Part shown: positions 8,657 to 18,563 of the stretch, one piece after another
Layout of the letters: every line of letters begins with the position of its first letter
Position numbering within the stretch: the first letter of the stretch is position 1
From: an uncultured Brevinema sp.
Lineage (GTDB): Bacteria > Spirochaetota > Brevinematia > Brevinematales > Brevinemataceae
Reading direction: 5' to 3'
Assembly (NCBI GenBank): GCA_947038195.1
Contig: CAMQVI010000004.1
Span: forward strand, 886 to 64,885
DNA length: 64,000 nt
Program-made: the position numbers and the translations under genes
The notes under the pieces: model-generated
The model's input: only the letters and a program-made list of their open reading frames with translations
The model's database searches: none
Told to the model about the DNA's origin: nothing

Positions 8657-11101
8657 ATGTATGTGATATTATTAGCCTTATGTGGGGCGATTTCTATTCT
8701 TATTCTGGTGTTTCTCAAGTTCCCTCTTTTTGTTTTTACCTTTTTATTAGGTATTTTTTTTGCAGGACCAGTAATAATATTAATTTATAATTATCGGCGA
8801 GCTTATTTTTATAATTCTACACTTCTGTCAAGTAGTGTTTTTCGTTATCTATTGTTGCCTAATGGCCTTATGAGATATCGTAAAAAAGTCCTTAAATATA
8901 TACCCTCTCTTCACGACTATCAAGTTTTTTTTCTTTATAATGATAAGGTAGAAATGCGTACCCACAAAGAAGTCAATATAGGGAAAGAAGAAAAAGTTAT
9001 TCTAGAAAGTATTACTCAAAAAGCCCTCAAAACTCCTTATATTGTTCCTGTCAAATCTTTTCTTCCTTTTATGCACTCAGAAAAATATTGTACAGCTTAT
9101 GCTTATGATCTTTCTTTTTTTAATAAAAGAGTTTTGATTTTAATTTATACAGATCGTAAATATATACGAACCCCTCTCTTCAATGAAAGGCTAGGGGTGA
9201 CTAATGATATTGTGTCTTTAGTGGGAATCATCTCTGAATTTTCAAGAGGAAACCATGGCTTGATGAAACTTCTTAAAGAAAGTGTGTTGAGCTCTCCTTA
9301 TGCTGTAGCTGTGTGTAATCCTATGGGGGATGTGGTCTTTGGAAATGACGCTTTATACACCATGTTTTATGGCTCTGTCCCTAATATGATGGGGCATATA
9401 GGTGCAGAAGTCTATATGCTCCTATTAGATGGTAAACGTATTGGTCAATCTTTCAATCTTCAAGGGCGACGGATTCAAGTAGAAGGTTCCCCTCTTAGTA
9501 ATAAAAACTTTTTAATTACTAATATCCTCCTAGTCTTTTATGACGAACAGGTAGAATTCCAAAGAGAAATGCTAGGTGAGGCGAACTCTCTAAGACGCTT
9601 TACTTCAGGGTCTTCTATTGTAGGGGCGGCGATGTTTACTCAAGAGGGAATCATTCTCTATAGTAACGAAGCTTTTATGCGTAGTTTAGATGTTTTTAAA
9701 GTGAGAGAAGCCAAACAAAAAGATATTTATGAGCTTTTTTATCTAACTGCTGAATACTATGAAAAATTAGTAGAGACAGTGATGTCTGGAAAAGAACATA
9801 GAACAGCCCTCGTAAGTAAAGAAAATGAACAAGAATTCCAAGTGCTATTCAAAGGAGTGGTATTTGGTGATAAAACAATTATTGAAGTAGTCCTCGAAGG
9901 TGAATCTATTTATCAAAATAATATGTCTCTCTTGGATAAAGAAACCCAAGATATATATGAAGAACTACAAACGGCTAGAAGTGTTCAAGAACATATTCTA
10001 TCCTTGCCTACTATTTATAGACCTGGTGTGGCAGTAGACACTCTCTACATACCCTCTAGGCAATTAAGTGGGGACTTTTTCACTCTTATTCCCTTTGAAG
10101 ATGACCAAATGGGATTTTTAATTGCGGACGTTTCTGGACACGGAGTATCAGCCTCTTTAATTACTGCGGCTTTAAAGATATTGATAGAGTTTGCCCCTAA
10201 AGATCCCAATGGACTTCCTAAAATCATGTCCTATTTTAACACTTATTTAGCTGATATTCTTCCAGAAGGAAGTTTTGTGACCCTATTTTATGGTATTATC
10301 GATTATAAAGATTACACTTTGAGATATATTAATTGTGGACATCCTTTCCCTATTATTCAAGATACAGTCTTAGGAGAAACGAGAATTTTAGAAGGAATGG
10401 GCTATCCTTTAGGGGGGCTTTTGAATGTCTCTTTTGAAGATCTCGTCTACACGATACAATTGCCAAGTAAATGTAAAATATTCTTATATACAGATGGGAT
10501 TTTACAACATCTTAAAGGCTCTATGAAAGATAAATTACAAAAAATATCGAGTCTTATTCAAACTCAAAAAGCTATTAACGAAAAAGACATGCTCCAGAAT
10601 ATTTACCAACGCCTTATTTCTCGTAATTCGCCTATCCCTGAAGACGATGTAAGTATGATGCTCGTAAGTTTAGATAAAACTCAAACCAAGAAACATCATC
10701 TTTATGTTTCTTCTACTATATTAGAAGCAGATGCTGTTATTACGGAGATTGGATCTTATATCCAAAAAGAAGCCAATCTAGATCCAGGGTTTTATTGGAA
10801 GATACATACCTGTTTTTATGAGGCTCTGTTAAATGCTGTTGTACACGGGAACAAATATAATACACAGAGAAAAGTCTATATAGAGTTTCGTATTGTAGAG
10901 GGGCTTATTGTTATCAGAATAAGGGATGAGGGGAATGGTTTTGACTATAATCATATTCCAGATCCTTTTGATCCTGAAAATATTCTGAAAGATTTTGGAC
11001 GAGGGATTACAATGGTAAGGACTCTTGCTGACAAGGTGAAATTCAACGAAAAAGGAAATGAAGTGACGATGTTCTTTAAAACAAATAAGGATGATAAATG
11101 A
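8657..11101 (+). CDS. Membrane-anchored sensor with PP2C/SpoIIE phosphatase and C-terminal RsbW/SpoIIAB-like HATPase kinase domain
   Basis: Two N-terminal TM segments. PP2C motifs SGDFF, ADVSGHGVSASL, LYTDGI, DDVSMMLV. HATPase N-box EALLNAVVHGN, G1 DEGNGFD, G2 GRGITMV. Confidence 0.8.
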   Translation: MYVILLALCGAISILILVFLKFPLFVFTFLLGIFFAGPVIILIYNYRRAYFYNSTLLSSSVFRYLLLPNGLMRYRKKVLKYIPSLHDYQVFFLYNDKVEMRTHKEVNIGKEEKVILESITQKALKTPYIVPVKSFLPFMHSEKYCTAYAYDLSFFNKRVLILIYTDRKYIRTPLFNERLGVTNDIVSLVGIISEFSRGNHGLMKLLKESVLSSPYAVAVCNPMGDVVFGNDALYTMFYGSVPNMMGHIGAEVYMLLLDGKRIGQSFNLQGRRIQVEGSPLSNKNFLITNILLVFYDEQVEFQREMLGEANSLRRFTSGSSIVGAAMFTQEGIILYSNEAFMRSLDVFKVREAKQKDIYELFYLTAEYYEKLVETVMSGKEHRTALVSKENEQEFQVLFKGVVFGDKTIIEVVLEGESIYQNNMSLLDKETQDIYEELQTARSVQEHILSLPTIYRPGVAVDTLYIPSRQLSGDFFTLIPFEDDQMGFLIADVSGHGVSASLITAALKILIEFAPKDPNGLPKIMSYFNTYLADILPEGSFVTLFYGIIDYKDYTLRYINCGHPFPIIQDTVLGETRILEGMGYPLGGLLNVSFEDLVYTIQLPSKCKIFLYTDGILQHLKGSMKDKLQKISSLIQTQKAINEKDMLQNIYQRLISRNSPIPEDDVSMMLVSLDKTQTKKHHLYVSSTILEADAVITEIGSYIQKEANLDPGFYWKIHTCFYEALLNAVVHGNKYNTQRKVYIEFRIVEGLIVIRIRDEGNGFDYNHIPDPFDPENILKDFGRGITMVRTLADKVKFNEKGNEVTMFFKTNKDDK

Positions 11102-11961
11102 CCGTATACCATACTCCTATTTTAGCAGAAGAAATCATAAACTTTCTTAATATCAAACCCAATAGTAACATAGCTGATTTGACTACAGGAGAAGGTGGGC
11201 ATTCTTCTATGATAGCCCCTCTTAATAGAGATGGCTCGTTGCTCTGCTTGGATAGAGATAGGATTATCCTAGAAAAAGCACAAGAGCGCTTAAACGAATT
11301 TCAACATATTACTTATATTTGTGATACCTATGACAATCTTAGCGAAGTAAGAAATAAAAACAATCTACCTTCTTTTGATGGTATTCTTATTGATATGGGT
11401 GTTTCCATGTTTCATTTTAAAGGAGCTAATAGAGGTTTTTCTTTTGAAGATGAAACCTTAGATATGAGATTGAGTGTAGATGCTACTAAATCGGCTGAAT
11501 TAGTAGTTAATACTTATTCGGAGCAAGATTTAGCTGATATTTTTTACTATTATGGAGAAGAGTATTATTCTCGTCGTTATGCAAGAGAAATTGTTAGAGA
11601 AAGACCTTTTCATTCTGCTAAAGAATTATCGTCCTATTTAATGAAAACAATTGGGAAGCATGGAAGAACACATCCTGCTACAAAAATATTTCAAGCTTTA
11701 CGCATATATGTTAATGAAGAGCTAGATATTGCCGAAAATATGTTAAGGATTATCGTAGAAAATTTGAGTCCAGAGGGTATTTTATGCATTCTCACTTTTC
11801 ATTCTTTAGAAGATAGACTCGTGAAAAAATCTTTCAAATATCACGCTCAACAAGGATTAGGCAGTATTTTAACTCCTAAACCTATGAAACCTTCTTTGGA
11901 AGAGATTAAAAAAAATCCTGCAGCACGTAGTGCAAAATTAAGAATATTCAAGAGGGTTTAA
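11098..11961 (+). CDS. rsmH: 16S rRNA (cytosine1402-N4)-methyltransferase RsmH/MraW
   Basis: HTPILAEE, TTGEGGHS, LIDMGVS, FHSLEDRLVK, NPAARSAKLR. ATGA overlap with the upstream gene. Confidence 0.92.
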   Translation: MTVYHTPILAEEIINFLNIKPNSNIADLTTGEGGHSSMIAPLNRDGSLLCLDRDRIILEKAQERLNEFQHITYICDTYDNLSEVRNKNNLPSFDGILIDMGVSMFHFKGANRGFSFEDETLDMRLSVDATKSAELVVNTYSEQDLADIFYYYGEEYYSRRYAREIVRERPFHSAKELSSYLMKTIGKHGRTHPATKIFQALRIYVNEELDIAENMLRIIVENLSPEGILCILTFHSLEDRLVKKSFKYHAQQGLGSILTPKPMKPSLEEIKKNPAARSAKLRIFKRV

Positions 11962-11964
11962 ACT

Positions 11965-12207
11965 ATGTTTCGTTTTTTTTCTATATTTATAATGCTGACA
12001 ATTTTCGCATTGTTATTTACAGAACAAAGAATAGAATCTCGAGAGATATCTTTAGAAATCACTAAGCTTTCTAAAGATATAGAAACACTTAACTCGAGAA
12101 AACAAGAACTAACGGTGCTTATTGAACAAGAAAGAAGTCGTCTTGTTAAACAATCTAGAAATATGGGAAAACCTTTGTCTCCTAAAGATGTGCTTATTAT
12201 AAAATAA
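11965..12207 (+). CDS. ftsL: FtsL-like cell-division protein
   Basis: 80 aa, a single TM followed by a coiled coil, in the canonical position after rsmH. Confidence 0.65.
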   Translation: MFRFFSIFIMLTIFALLFTEQRIESREISLEITKLSKDIETLNSRKQELTVLIEQERSRLVKQSRNMGKPLSPKDVLIIK

Positions 12208-12217
12208 AGGAGGGAAC

Positions 12218-13471
12218 GTGTTAAATCATAGTTCTTTTTTCTATCTACTTATACTATTACTCCCTCTCCCTGTTTATGCTGAATACTTATTTATTTCTTC
12301 AGATCCTATAGGAGCAAAAGTCTACACCTTAGACAAAGAAGGTAAAAAAACTAAAAAAAACTATATAGGCACAACTCCTCTTAAAACAACTAACTTTACT
12401 CAAGAAACCCAAATTCTCTTAATAAAAGATAGACATGCAGATCAAACTAATACTATAAAATCTTCTAATAAAATACGAAATGAACATTTTATTCTTAGAG
12501 CTTTATCCTTCCAGATACTCTTTCCCCATGCAGAAACGGCTACTCTTGATGTTGGTAAAAAAATACAACTACCTTTAGAAGGGGTATTACAATTACCTTA
12601 TGGAAGCTACAATTTCGATTACGAAAACGATCTTATTGTAGAGTATAAAAGTCCTTATATTCCTTATGTTGCTTTTTTTACTACATTAACCCTAGTCTCT
12701 ATAACTGCTGCTATAACAACTGGAATATTGGGGCAACAAGCTTATGAGAAGTATAAAGATGCAACCTCTACTGAAGATTTGCTCTCAGGATTATCGACTA
12801 TAGGTACAATGGATGCTATTATGTGGTCTAGTGTTGCTATAGGGACAGGAAGCCTTATAGGAATGTCTATTACAGCTGCTTACGAAGTGAAAGATCAAAA
12901 AAGAATTAAACGCTTTAATGGATTGAATTTAGGGAATACCACACTTAACAGTAGTGTTAGTGATTTCCAAGAGATCGTATTATTAAGCTCTCGGAATCAT
13001 CCGGATACTCTAGATAAAATGGACGATTTCCTTAAAAAATATGAAGCAGAAGACACTCCTTTTATAGCAGAAATATATGTGAAAAGAGCAGGAATTTATA
13101 TTTTACAGGGAAAGCGCTATAGACAGGCCATAAACGACCTTAAAAAAGTAATAGAAGTTTATCCATCTTTAGAAACCTATGAAATCGCTCATAAGTTATT
13201 AGGTGATATTTATGCCATTAGAGGAGAGTACAAAGATTCCTATAAGTACTACCAAGAAACACTCAAAGTACTCAATAAATATCAGTATAATGATATTAAA
13301 ATGGCAGAATTAGAGGTCCTTTATCAGATTACTATTAAAGGAACAAAAGCCCAAAAAGAGGAATTTTTATTAAACACAGAAAATTTAACAAGTCTTACTA
13401 GGGATAATAGAGCTATAGTAGAAAAATGGCGTGAAGAATTTTTACCTACATCTGCTACACCCACTCTGTAG
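12218..13471 (+). CDS. PEGA-domain / two-TM / TPR-like envelope protein
   Basis: GTG start after AAGGAGGG. Signal peptide, then ISSDPIGAKVY...YIGTTPL (PEGA). TM hairpin near aa 150-220. C-terminal TPR-like helices. Confidence 0.65.
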   Translation: MLNHSSFFYLLILLLPLPVYAEYLFISSDPIGAKVYTLDKEGKKTKKNYIGTTPLKTTNFTQETQILLIKDRHADQTNTIKSSNKIRNEHFILRALSFQILFPHAETATLDVGKKIQLPLEGVLQLPYGSYNFDYENDLIVEYKSPYIPYVAFFTTLTLVSITAAITTGILGQQAYEKYKDATSTEDLLSGLSTIGTMDAIMWSSVAIGTGSLIGMSITAAYEVKDQKRIKRFNGLNLGNTTLNSSVSDFQEIVLLSSRNHPDTLDKMDDFLKKYEAEDTPFIAEIYVKRAGIYILQGKRYRQAINDLKKVIEVYPSLETYEIAHKLLGDIYAIRGEYKDSYKYYQETLKVLNKYQYNDIKMAELEVLYQITIKGTKAQKEEFLLNTENLTSLTRDNRAIVEKWREEFLPTSATPTL

Positions 13472-13501
13472 TGCCTAAATAAATATAACAAACAAACAAA
13501 T

Positions 13502-13532
13502 AAAAAGACAGGATTTGAACCCCTGTCTTTTT
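13502..13532 (+). terminator. Intrinsic terminator after the PEGA/TPR gene
   Basis: aagacagg-N9-cctgtctt followed by ttttatttgttt. Confidence 0.7.
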
Positions 13533-13552
13533 ATTTGTTTAAAATACAATCT

Positions 13553-13581
13553 AAAAAACCCTCCATTACGGAGGGTTTTTT
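13553..13581 (-). terminator. Intrinsic terminator after rpsI
   Basis: ccctcc-attac-ggaggg flanked by an A-run and a T-run, immediately 3' of the rpsI stop on the minus strand. Confidence 0.75.
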
Positions 13582-13583
13582 GA

Positions 13584-13988
13584 TTAACGTTTTGAGTACT
13601 GTTCTCTTTTTCGTGATTTACGGAGGCCGTATTTTTTACGTTCAACCATTCTATCATCTCTAGTAAGAAATCCTTTAGTTTTTAAAGTAGGTCTGTATTT
13701 GTCTTTATCGAGCTCGTTAAGTGCTCTAGCAATACCATGACGGATAGCCTCAGCTTGACCATTGACTCCACCGCCTTTGACGGTACAGAAAATGTCAAAT
13801 TGTCCTGTGGTTTCTGTAATAGCAAAAACTTCGAAAATTTGATCTCTAAAAAATTCTGGAAAATATTCTTTGTAATCTTTTTTATTTACCGTAAAAGATC
13901 CTGTTCCGTTAGGAGTAAGAAATACACGGGCAACACTAGTTTTACGGCGTCCTGTTGCATAGACACGGGTATCTTTTTTAACTGCCAT
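13584..13988 (-). CDS. rpsI: 30S ribosomal protein S9
   Basis: 134 aa with [13 protein letters not shown] and a C-terminal [17 protein letters not shown]. Confidence 0.95.
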   Translation of the reverse strand: MAVKKDTRVYATGRRKTSVARVFLTPNGTGSFTVNKKDYKEYFPEFFRDQIFEVFAITETTGQFDIFCTVKGGGVNGQAEAIRHGIARALNELDKDKYRPTLKTKGFLTRDDRMVERKKYGLRKSRKREQYSKR

Positions 13989-13999
13989 ATCGTATCTCC

Positions 14000-14437
14000 T
14001 TAAAATTCGTGGTGGACTATAAATCCACTAGGTGCTTTTTTGTATTCAGAACCTTCAACAATAATAAGCTTTTTAATCATACGACGAGCTAGACGATTTT
14101 TAGGGAGCATCGCTTTTATAGCTTTTTCAAGAGGAAACCAAGGTTTCTTTTCCATCATTTGTCTGTGACTGAATTCTCTCAATCCACCCATCCATCCTGT
14201 ATGATGTCTGTACACTTTGGTATTTTCTTTTCTTCCTGTAAGTACAAATTGGTAAGCATTAATGATTACTACAAAATCTCCATCATCAACGTGAGGAGTG
14301 AAAGAAGGCTTATGCTTCCCTTGTAGTATACGAGCAGCTTCTGCTGCAATGCGTCCAAGAGGCTTTCCTTGCGCGTCAATAACACGCCATTTACGGGAAA
14401 TCTCTGGAGCTTTAGTGTGCGTAGTTTTAAAGCTCAT
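14000..14437 (-). CDS. rplM: 50S ribosomal protein L13
   Basis: 145 aa with [35 protein letters not shown], the L13 signature, upstream of rpsI. Confidence 0.95.
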   Translation of the reverse strand: MSFKTTHTKAPEISRKWRVIDAQGKPLGRIAAEAARILQGKHKPSFTPHVDDGDFVVIINAYQFVLTGRKENTKVYRHHTGWMGGLREFSHRQMMEKKPWFPLEKAIKAMLPKNRLARRMIKKLIIVEGSEYKKAPSGFIVHHEF

Positions 14438-14566
14438 AGAATACTATCCTTAATATTTTTTTGCTCTATGATCCACAAGGAGGTGCGAATCATAAATAAT
14501 GGGACTAGATATTATAACAAAGAATTTAGATAAAATCAAGACTATTTCAATAAAAAAATATACTAT

Positions 14567-16768
14567 TTAAAGCTTTTTATAAGATAATAGCACAGAATTC
14601 CCAATTACTGTTAAAGAACTGAAGCTCATAGCTACCTCTGCTACTATAGGGTGCAATAAGCCTGTAAAAGCTAGAGGAATAGCAATAACATTATAAAAGA
14701 AGGCCCAAAATAAATTTTCTTTGATTTTTTTGAAAGTAGCAGTGGCTAGCTTAAAACTGAGAACCAAAGAGGTAAGGGAACCTGTAACAAGAATTAAATC
14801 TCCTGCTTCTGCAGCTATATCAGTCCCTGTTCCCATTGCAATACCAACATCAGAAGCTTCCAAAGCGGCTGCATCGTTAATTCCATCACCTACAAAACAT
14901 ACTTTATAGCCTTGTTTTTGAAGAGATTGCACGGTGTCTAATTTTTGTTTAGGGGTACTTTCAGATACCACAGAGCTAATGTCGAGCTCTTTAGCTATGG
15001 TCATCGCTGCGTTTTTATGATCTCCCGTAATCATGATAATTCTTTTACCCATATCTTTTAAGAGTCTAACACTTTCTTTGGCTTCGGGATTTAATTTATC
15101 CGCAAAGCTAATAATAGCTTCACATGTTTTTTTGCTTTGGTCGGATAAACAGATTAAACTTTCCCCTAGGTTTTGGTGATGATCGATTTGGGTTTGGAGC
15201 TGAGGGGAAATAATGATATCTTGTTCTTGGGTAGCTTTAAGCGACCCTGCAAACCACTCTGTATCTTGGTGATGTCCAGAGATGCCTTGTCCAGGGGTAT
15301 TTATAGAATCGATAAAACTAATGGGGCTTATATTATTTTCTTTAGCGTAATTCATTACTGCTAAGGCAAGGGGGTGGGTAGATATAGTTTCTAAGCCTGC
15401 TAGAATTTCTATAATTTCTTTTGTACTAGCTCTTTCTGCTGTAATAGAAGTGAGTTTGGGCTTACCTATGGTGAGGGTTCCTGTCTTATCCATAGCAATA
15501 ATATCAATGTTAGTGAGATTTTGAACGGCAGCCCCCCTTCTGATGAGTATGCCTTTTTTAGCCCCTAGAGTAGAGCCATTGACTAAAGCCATGGGAGTAG
15601 CTAAGCCTAAGGCACAAGGACAAGCAATCACTAGGACGGCAATTCCAGAAGAAATAGCAGCAGCGATACGGGTACTTTCGAGACTCTCTAAACCGAAACG
15701 AGCTAAAATATGAGGGAAAAATTCAGGAAAAGCAAACCAAATAGAAAAACTTAAAAAAGAAAGAGTGAGAATAATAGGAACAAAAACGGTAGTAACTTTG
15801 TCCGCTAGAATTTGTATAGGGACTTTGGTTCCTTGTGCTTCTTGTACTAGTCTTATTGTTTGAGCTAATAAACTATTTTTAGACTCTTTTTCTACTTTTA
15901 CAGTGATGAAGCCATCTATATTAAGAGATGCCCCATAAACATAATCACCTTCTTGTTTTTCTATAGGAAGAGATTCGCCAGTGAGAAAACTCTCGTCGAC
16001 ACTAGTACGCCCAGAGACAATAACCCCGTCACTAGAGATTTTTTCTCCTGCTTTAATTTGTATTCGATCGCCTATTACTAAGCTAGCGATAGGCACGTCT
16101 TCTGTTTGTCCATTTTCTAATACTTTATGAGCTGTTTTATTTCCAAAATTAGCGAGAGCACTTACCACTCTAGAAGCAGACCCTCTTGCCATCGTTTCTA
16201 AGAATCGACCCGTGAGATTTACGGCAATAAGCATAGCCGCAGTCATAGAATAGTTAGGAATAGCAATGCCGAAGAAAGGGAGTAGAGAGCTTATCCATGC
16301 CGCCAATGCTCCTAAGGCTATTAAAACGTCCATTCCCATTGTACCACTCACTAAGGAGGCATAGGCACTTTTTAGAATAGGAAACCCAGGAATGAAAATA
16401 GTCAATCCTGCAACAATGAGCCCTAGAAAAGGGGGAACCCCCGATACAAACATAGGGATCACTAAAAGGAGGGAGAAAAACCAAGAAAGAATAACAGAAA
16501 GAAGGAGTGGTCTTAAAGAGGCACTCTTATAGCCCTCTTCTTCTTCTCCATCAGAACTAAGCCCAAAACCCATATTATGGGCGACTTGCATCATTTTTTG
16601 CTCATTAATGACATGAGAAAAATACTGTATATGTGCTGTCCCTGAAGCGAAATTTACAGTACAATTTTGTACTCCGTCAGTCATAGATAGTTTTTTTTCC
16701 AATCTACTAGAACAAGCAGTACAATGCATCCCTTCTACTTTGAAAATCTGAGATTTATATTCAGGCAT
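14567..16768 (-). CDS. copA: Copper-translocating P1B-type ATPase
   Basis: HMA domain GMHCTACSSRLE, CPC motif ACPCALGLATP, DKTGTLT, GDGINDAAAL. Confidence 0.92.
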   Translation of the reverse strand: MPEYKSQIFKVEGMHCTACSSRLEKKLSMTDGVQNCTVNFASGTAHIQYFSHVINEQKMMQVAHNMGFGLSSDGEEEEGYKSASLRPLLLSVILSWFFSLLLVIPMFVSGVPPFLGLIVAGLTIFIPGFPILKSAYASLVSGTMGMDVLIALGALAAWISSLLPFFGIAIPNYSMTAAMLIAVNLTGRFLETMARGSASRVVSALANFGNKTAHKVLENGQTEDVPIASLVIGDRIQIKAGEKISSDGVIVSGRTSVDESFLTGESLPIEKQEGDYVYGASLNIDGFITVKVEKESKNSLLAQTIRLVQEAQGTKVPIQILADKVTTVFVPIILTLSFLSFSIWFAFPEFFPHILARFGLESLESTRIAAAISSGIAVLVIACPCALGLATPMALVNGSTLGAKKGILIRRGAAVQNLTNIDIIAMDKTGTLTIGKPKLTSITAERASTKEIIEILAGLETISTHPLALAVMNYAKENNISPISFIDSINTPGQGISGHHQDTEWFAGSLKATQEQDIIISPQLQTQIDHHQNLGESLICLSDQSKKTCEAIISFADKLNPEAKESVRLLKDMGKRIIMITGDHKNAAMTIAKELDISSVVSESTPKQKLDTVQSLQKQGYKVCFVGDGINDAAALEASDVGIAMGTGTDIAAEAGDLILVTGSLTSLVLSFKLATATFKKIKENLFWAFFYNVIAIPLAFTGLLHPIVAEVAMSFSSLTVIGNSVLLSYKKL

Positions 16769-16867
16769 GAAACACCTCTTTTTTATTTGTTTTATTAATT
16801 ATACTAATTTAATTATAGCATAGTTTTAACATGTGATTCAATCTTAAGCTTAAATATTAAAAAATAC

Positions 16868-16896
16868 TTGAAAAAAGAAAAAGAAAAGGATATAAT
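16868..16896 (+). promoter_or_regulatory. Sigma70-type promoter TTGAAA-17-TATAAT
   Basis: TTGAAA at 16868..16873 and TATAAT at 16891..16896. The downstream AGGAG before the ATG at 16926 suggests that is the true start. Confidence 0.5.
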
Positions 16897-16925
16897 AAAT
16901 GCATAGGATAGGAGTTATATTTAAT

Positions 16926-18386
16926 ATGTTTCTAAGCTCATCTCTGCTCTTCCGATTGACGGTTCTTCCCATAACTTATTTTTTCGCTATTATTTTTTTG
17001 TGGTCTTTTTTAGGTGTTCATGTTTTTTGGTTAGGTGTTCCTATAATAATAATAAACACTCTTTTTTTCTCAGCGCCCTTCTTGAATTATGGCGTAGTAG
17101 TAGCGTTTTCTCTTTTAACAATATATAGTATAAATGTGCCCATACTTTCTCTATTGCAAGATTTTTCTTTTTGGGGAATACAAGCAACAAGCTTATGTAT
17201 GGCTATAGTTAGTAGTATTTTTCAAAATAGATATGTTCCTTATAGCGCTGTGAAAGGGCAAAAAAAGATAGATAAAATTCTCTTTAAAAAAGATAAGGCT
17301 ATTGTGAAAATAAATTGTATTTTACATACTATAGAAGATATTAGCAAAGATGCTAGTGAAATTTATGGTTGGCGTCATAAAGAGCTACTCCATAAACCTC
17401 TTACCTTTATTTATCCTGTGGATATTATTGATAGTCCTCCCAAAGGATTTTGGGAAGACTTAGAAAACAGCGGGGCTTGGCATGGCTTTATAGACGTGAA
17501 GGAAAAAAATGGTGTTATTTACGAAGAAAGAGCCTTTTATACAGCGACTAAAAATGAAGAGGGAGAGATTGTTTTTATAGAAAAGAAAATAGTAGAAGTG
17601 TTTTCTAAAAACACTTGGACAAAGAGTTTTGACTGTTTCACCCTGTTTTATGAAGAAAGCCCTCTTCCCATGGCTGTAATTAACAAATCCCATATTGTAG
17701 AACAAACAAATGCTATTTTTTTACGATCTCTTGTTGTCAAACCTATTTTTGAGTATAGTAAGTTTGCTGATCTTTTTCTAGAAGAGCAGAGAGAACAGAT
17801 TGTAGTTTCACTAAATAGAGCGTTTGATGGGGAAAAAAATAGTTTTAAAGGAATAGTTGAAGAGCTAGATGGGGGGATGGCAGCAAAATTTATTTTCATC
17901 CCTTATAAAGATCCAAAATACCTAGAAATCACTAGGGTTTTATTTATCCTCAATATTCTTGATAAACAAGAGGTCTCGTCTGTTCCTGTGGTTTTGGAAG
18001 AAAAAATGGATGTTCTGGCTCTTTTAAAGCTCTCCTTAACCAAGATATACGGATTAGATCCTACTCATAAATTAAAACTCTATGGACACTCCCTCCCTTC
18101 TATACTTCTTGTAAAAAGAATCTGGGAAAATATTTTTGATACTATAGTAGGGGCAGCTATGCACTATGAGGGGGAGAAAGCTCTTGTATTTTCTTGTGTA
18201 CCTAAATCGGGACAACTGTTTTTTGAAATATCTTTTTCACATATCCCCTATGTAGAATATAGACGTCTTAAAGAAGAAGAACATTTTAAAAAGATAGAGA
18301 AGATTATTTTAGAAGAGAGTGGGAATGTTTTTTTTATGGGTGGAAAAAAAGCAGAAGTGATATTGTGCTTTTCTGTAAAAGAATAA
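16926..18386 (+). CDS. Polytopic membrane protein with cytoplasmic PAS-like region(s), no recognisable output domain
   Basis: The track ORF starts at 16899. An RBS favours the ATG at 16926 (MFLSSSLLFRL...). About 4 TM segments, then about 370 soluble aa with PAS-like segments. Confidence 0.55.
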   Translation: MFLSSSLLFRLTVLPITYFFAIIFLWSFLGVHVFWLGVPIIIINTLFFSAPFLNYGVVVAFSLLTIYSINVPILSLLQDFSFWGIQATSLCMAIVSSIFQNRYVPYSAVKGQKKIDKILFKKDKAIVKINCILHTIEDISKDASEIYGWRHKELLHKPLTFIYPVDIIDSPPKGFWEDLENSGAWHGFIDVKEKNGVIYEERAFYTATKNEEGEIVFIEKKIVEVFSKNTWTKSFDCFTLFYEESPLPMAVINKSHIVEQTNAIFLRSLVVKPIFEYSKFADLFLEEQREQIVVSLNRAFDGEKNSFKGIVEELDGGMAAKFIFIPYKDPKYLEITRVLFILNILDKQEVSSVPVVLEEKMDVLALLKLSLTKIYGLDPTHKLKLYGHSLPSILLVKRIWENIFDTIVGAAMHYEGEKALVFSCVPKSGQLFFEISFSHIPYVEYRRLKEEEHFKKIEKIILEESGNVFFMGGKKAEVILCFSVKE

Positions 18387-18404
18387 ATATTTTATATAAA
18401 AGCA

Positions 18405-18433
18405 TTGCATGAAAAAACATTTTATGCTATACT
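18405..18433 (+). promoter_or_regulatory. Promoter TTGCAT-17-TATACT for the tRNA gene
   Basis: TTGCAT at 18405..18410 and TATACT at 18428..18433, 20 nt before the tRNA 5' end. Confidence 0.5.
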
Positions 18434-18453
18434 ATATGATATTAATTTATATT

Positions 18454-18527
18454 GGGCCTGTAGCTCAGATGGTTAGAGCAACCGACTCATAATCGGTGGG
18501 TCGAGGGTTCGATCCCCTCCGGGCCCC
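18454..18527 (+). tRNA. tRNA with CAU anticodon, probably tRNA-Ile2 (lysidine-modified); elongator tRNA-Met not excluded
   Basis: Cloverleaf read by hand: acceptor GGGCCTG/CGGGCCC, D-arm TAGCTCAGATGGTTAGAGCA, anticodon arm ACCGA-CTCATAA-TCGGT (CAT at 18488..18490), T-arm GAGGG-TTCGATC-CCCTC. The anticodon stem-loop CGACUCAUAAUCG resembles E. coli ileX. No encoded CCA. Confidence 0.9.
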
Positions 18528-18530
18528 AAT

Positions 18531-18563
18531 ACTTCCTAGCAAATTTCGTTAGGAAGTTTTTTT
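18531..18563. terminator. Hairpin acttccta-N11-taggaagt plus T-run after the tRNA
   Basis: Read directly. It also abuts the stop of the convergent EamA gene. Confidence 0.65.

Noticed and set aside
13475-13657. 60-aa minus-strand ORF overlapping the rpsI 3' end
   Set aside because: It covers two intrinsic terminators and the rpsI C-terminus in another frame, so it is an artefact.
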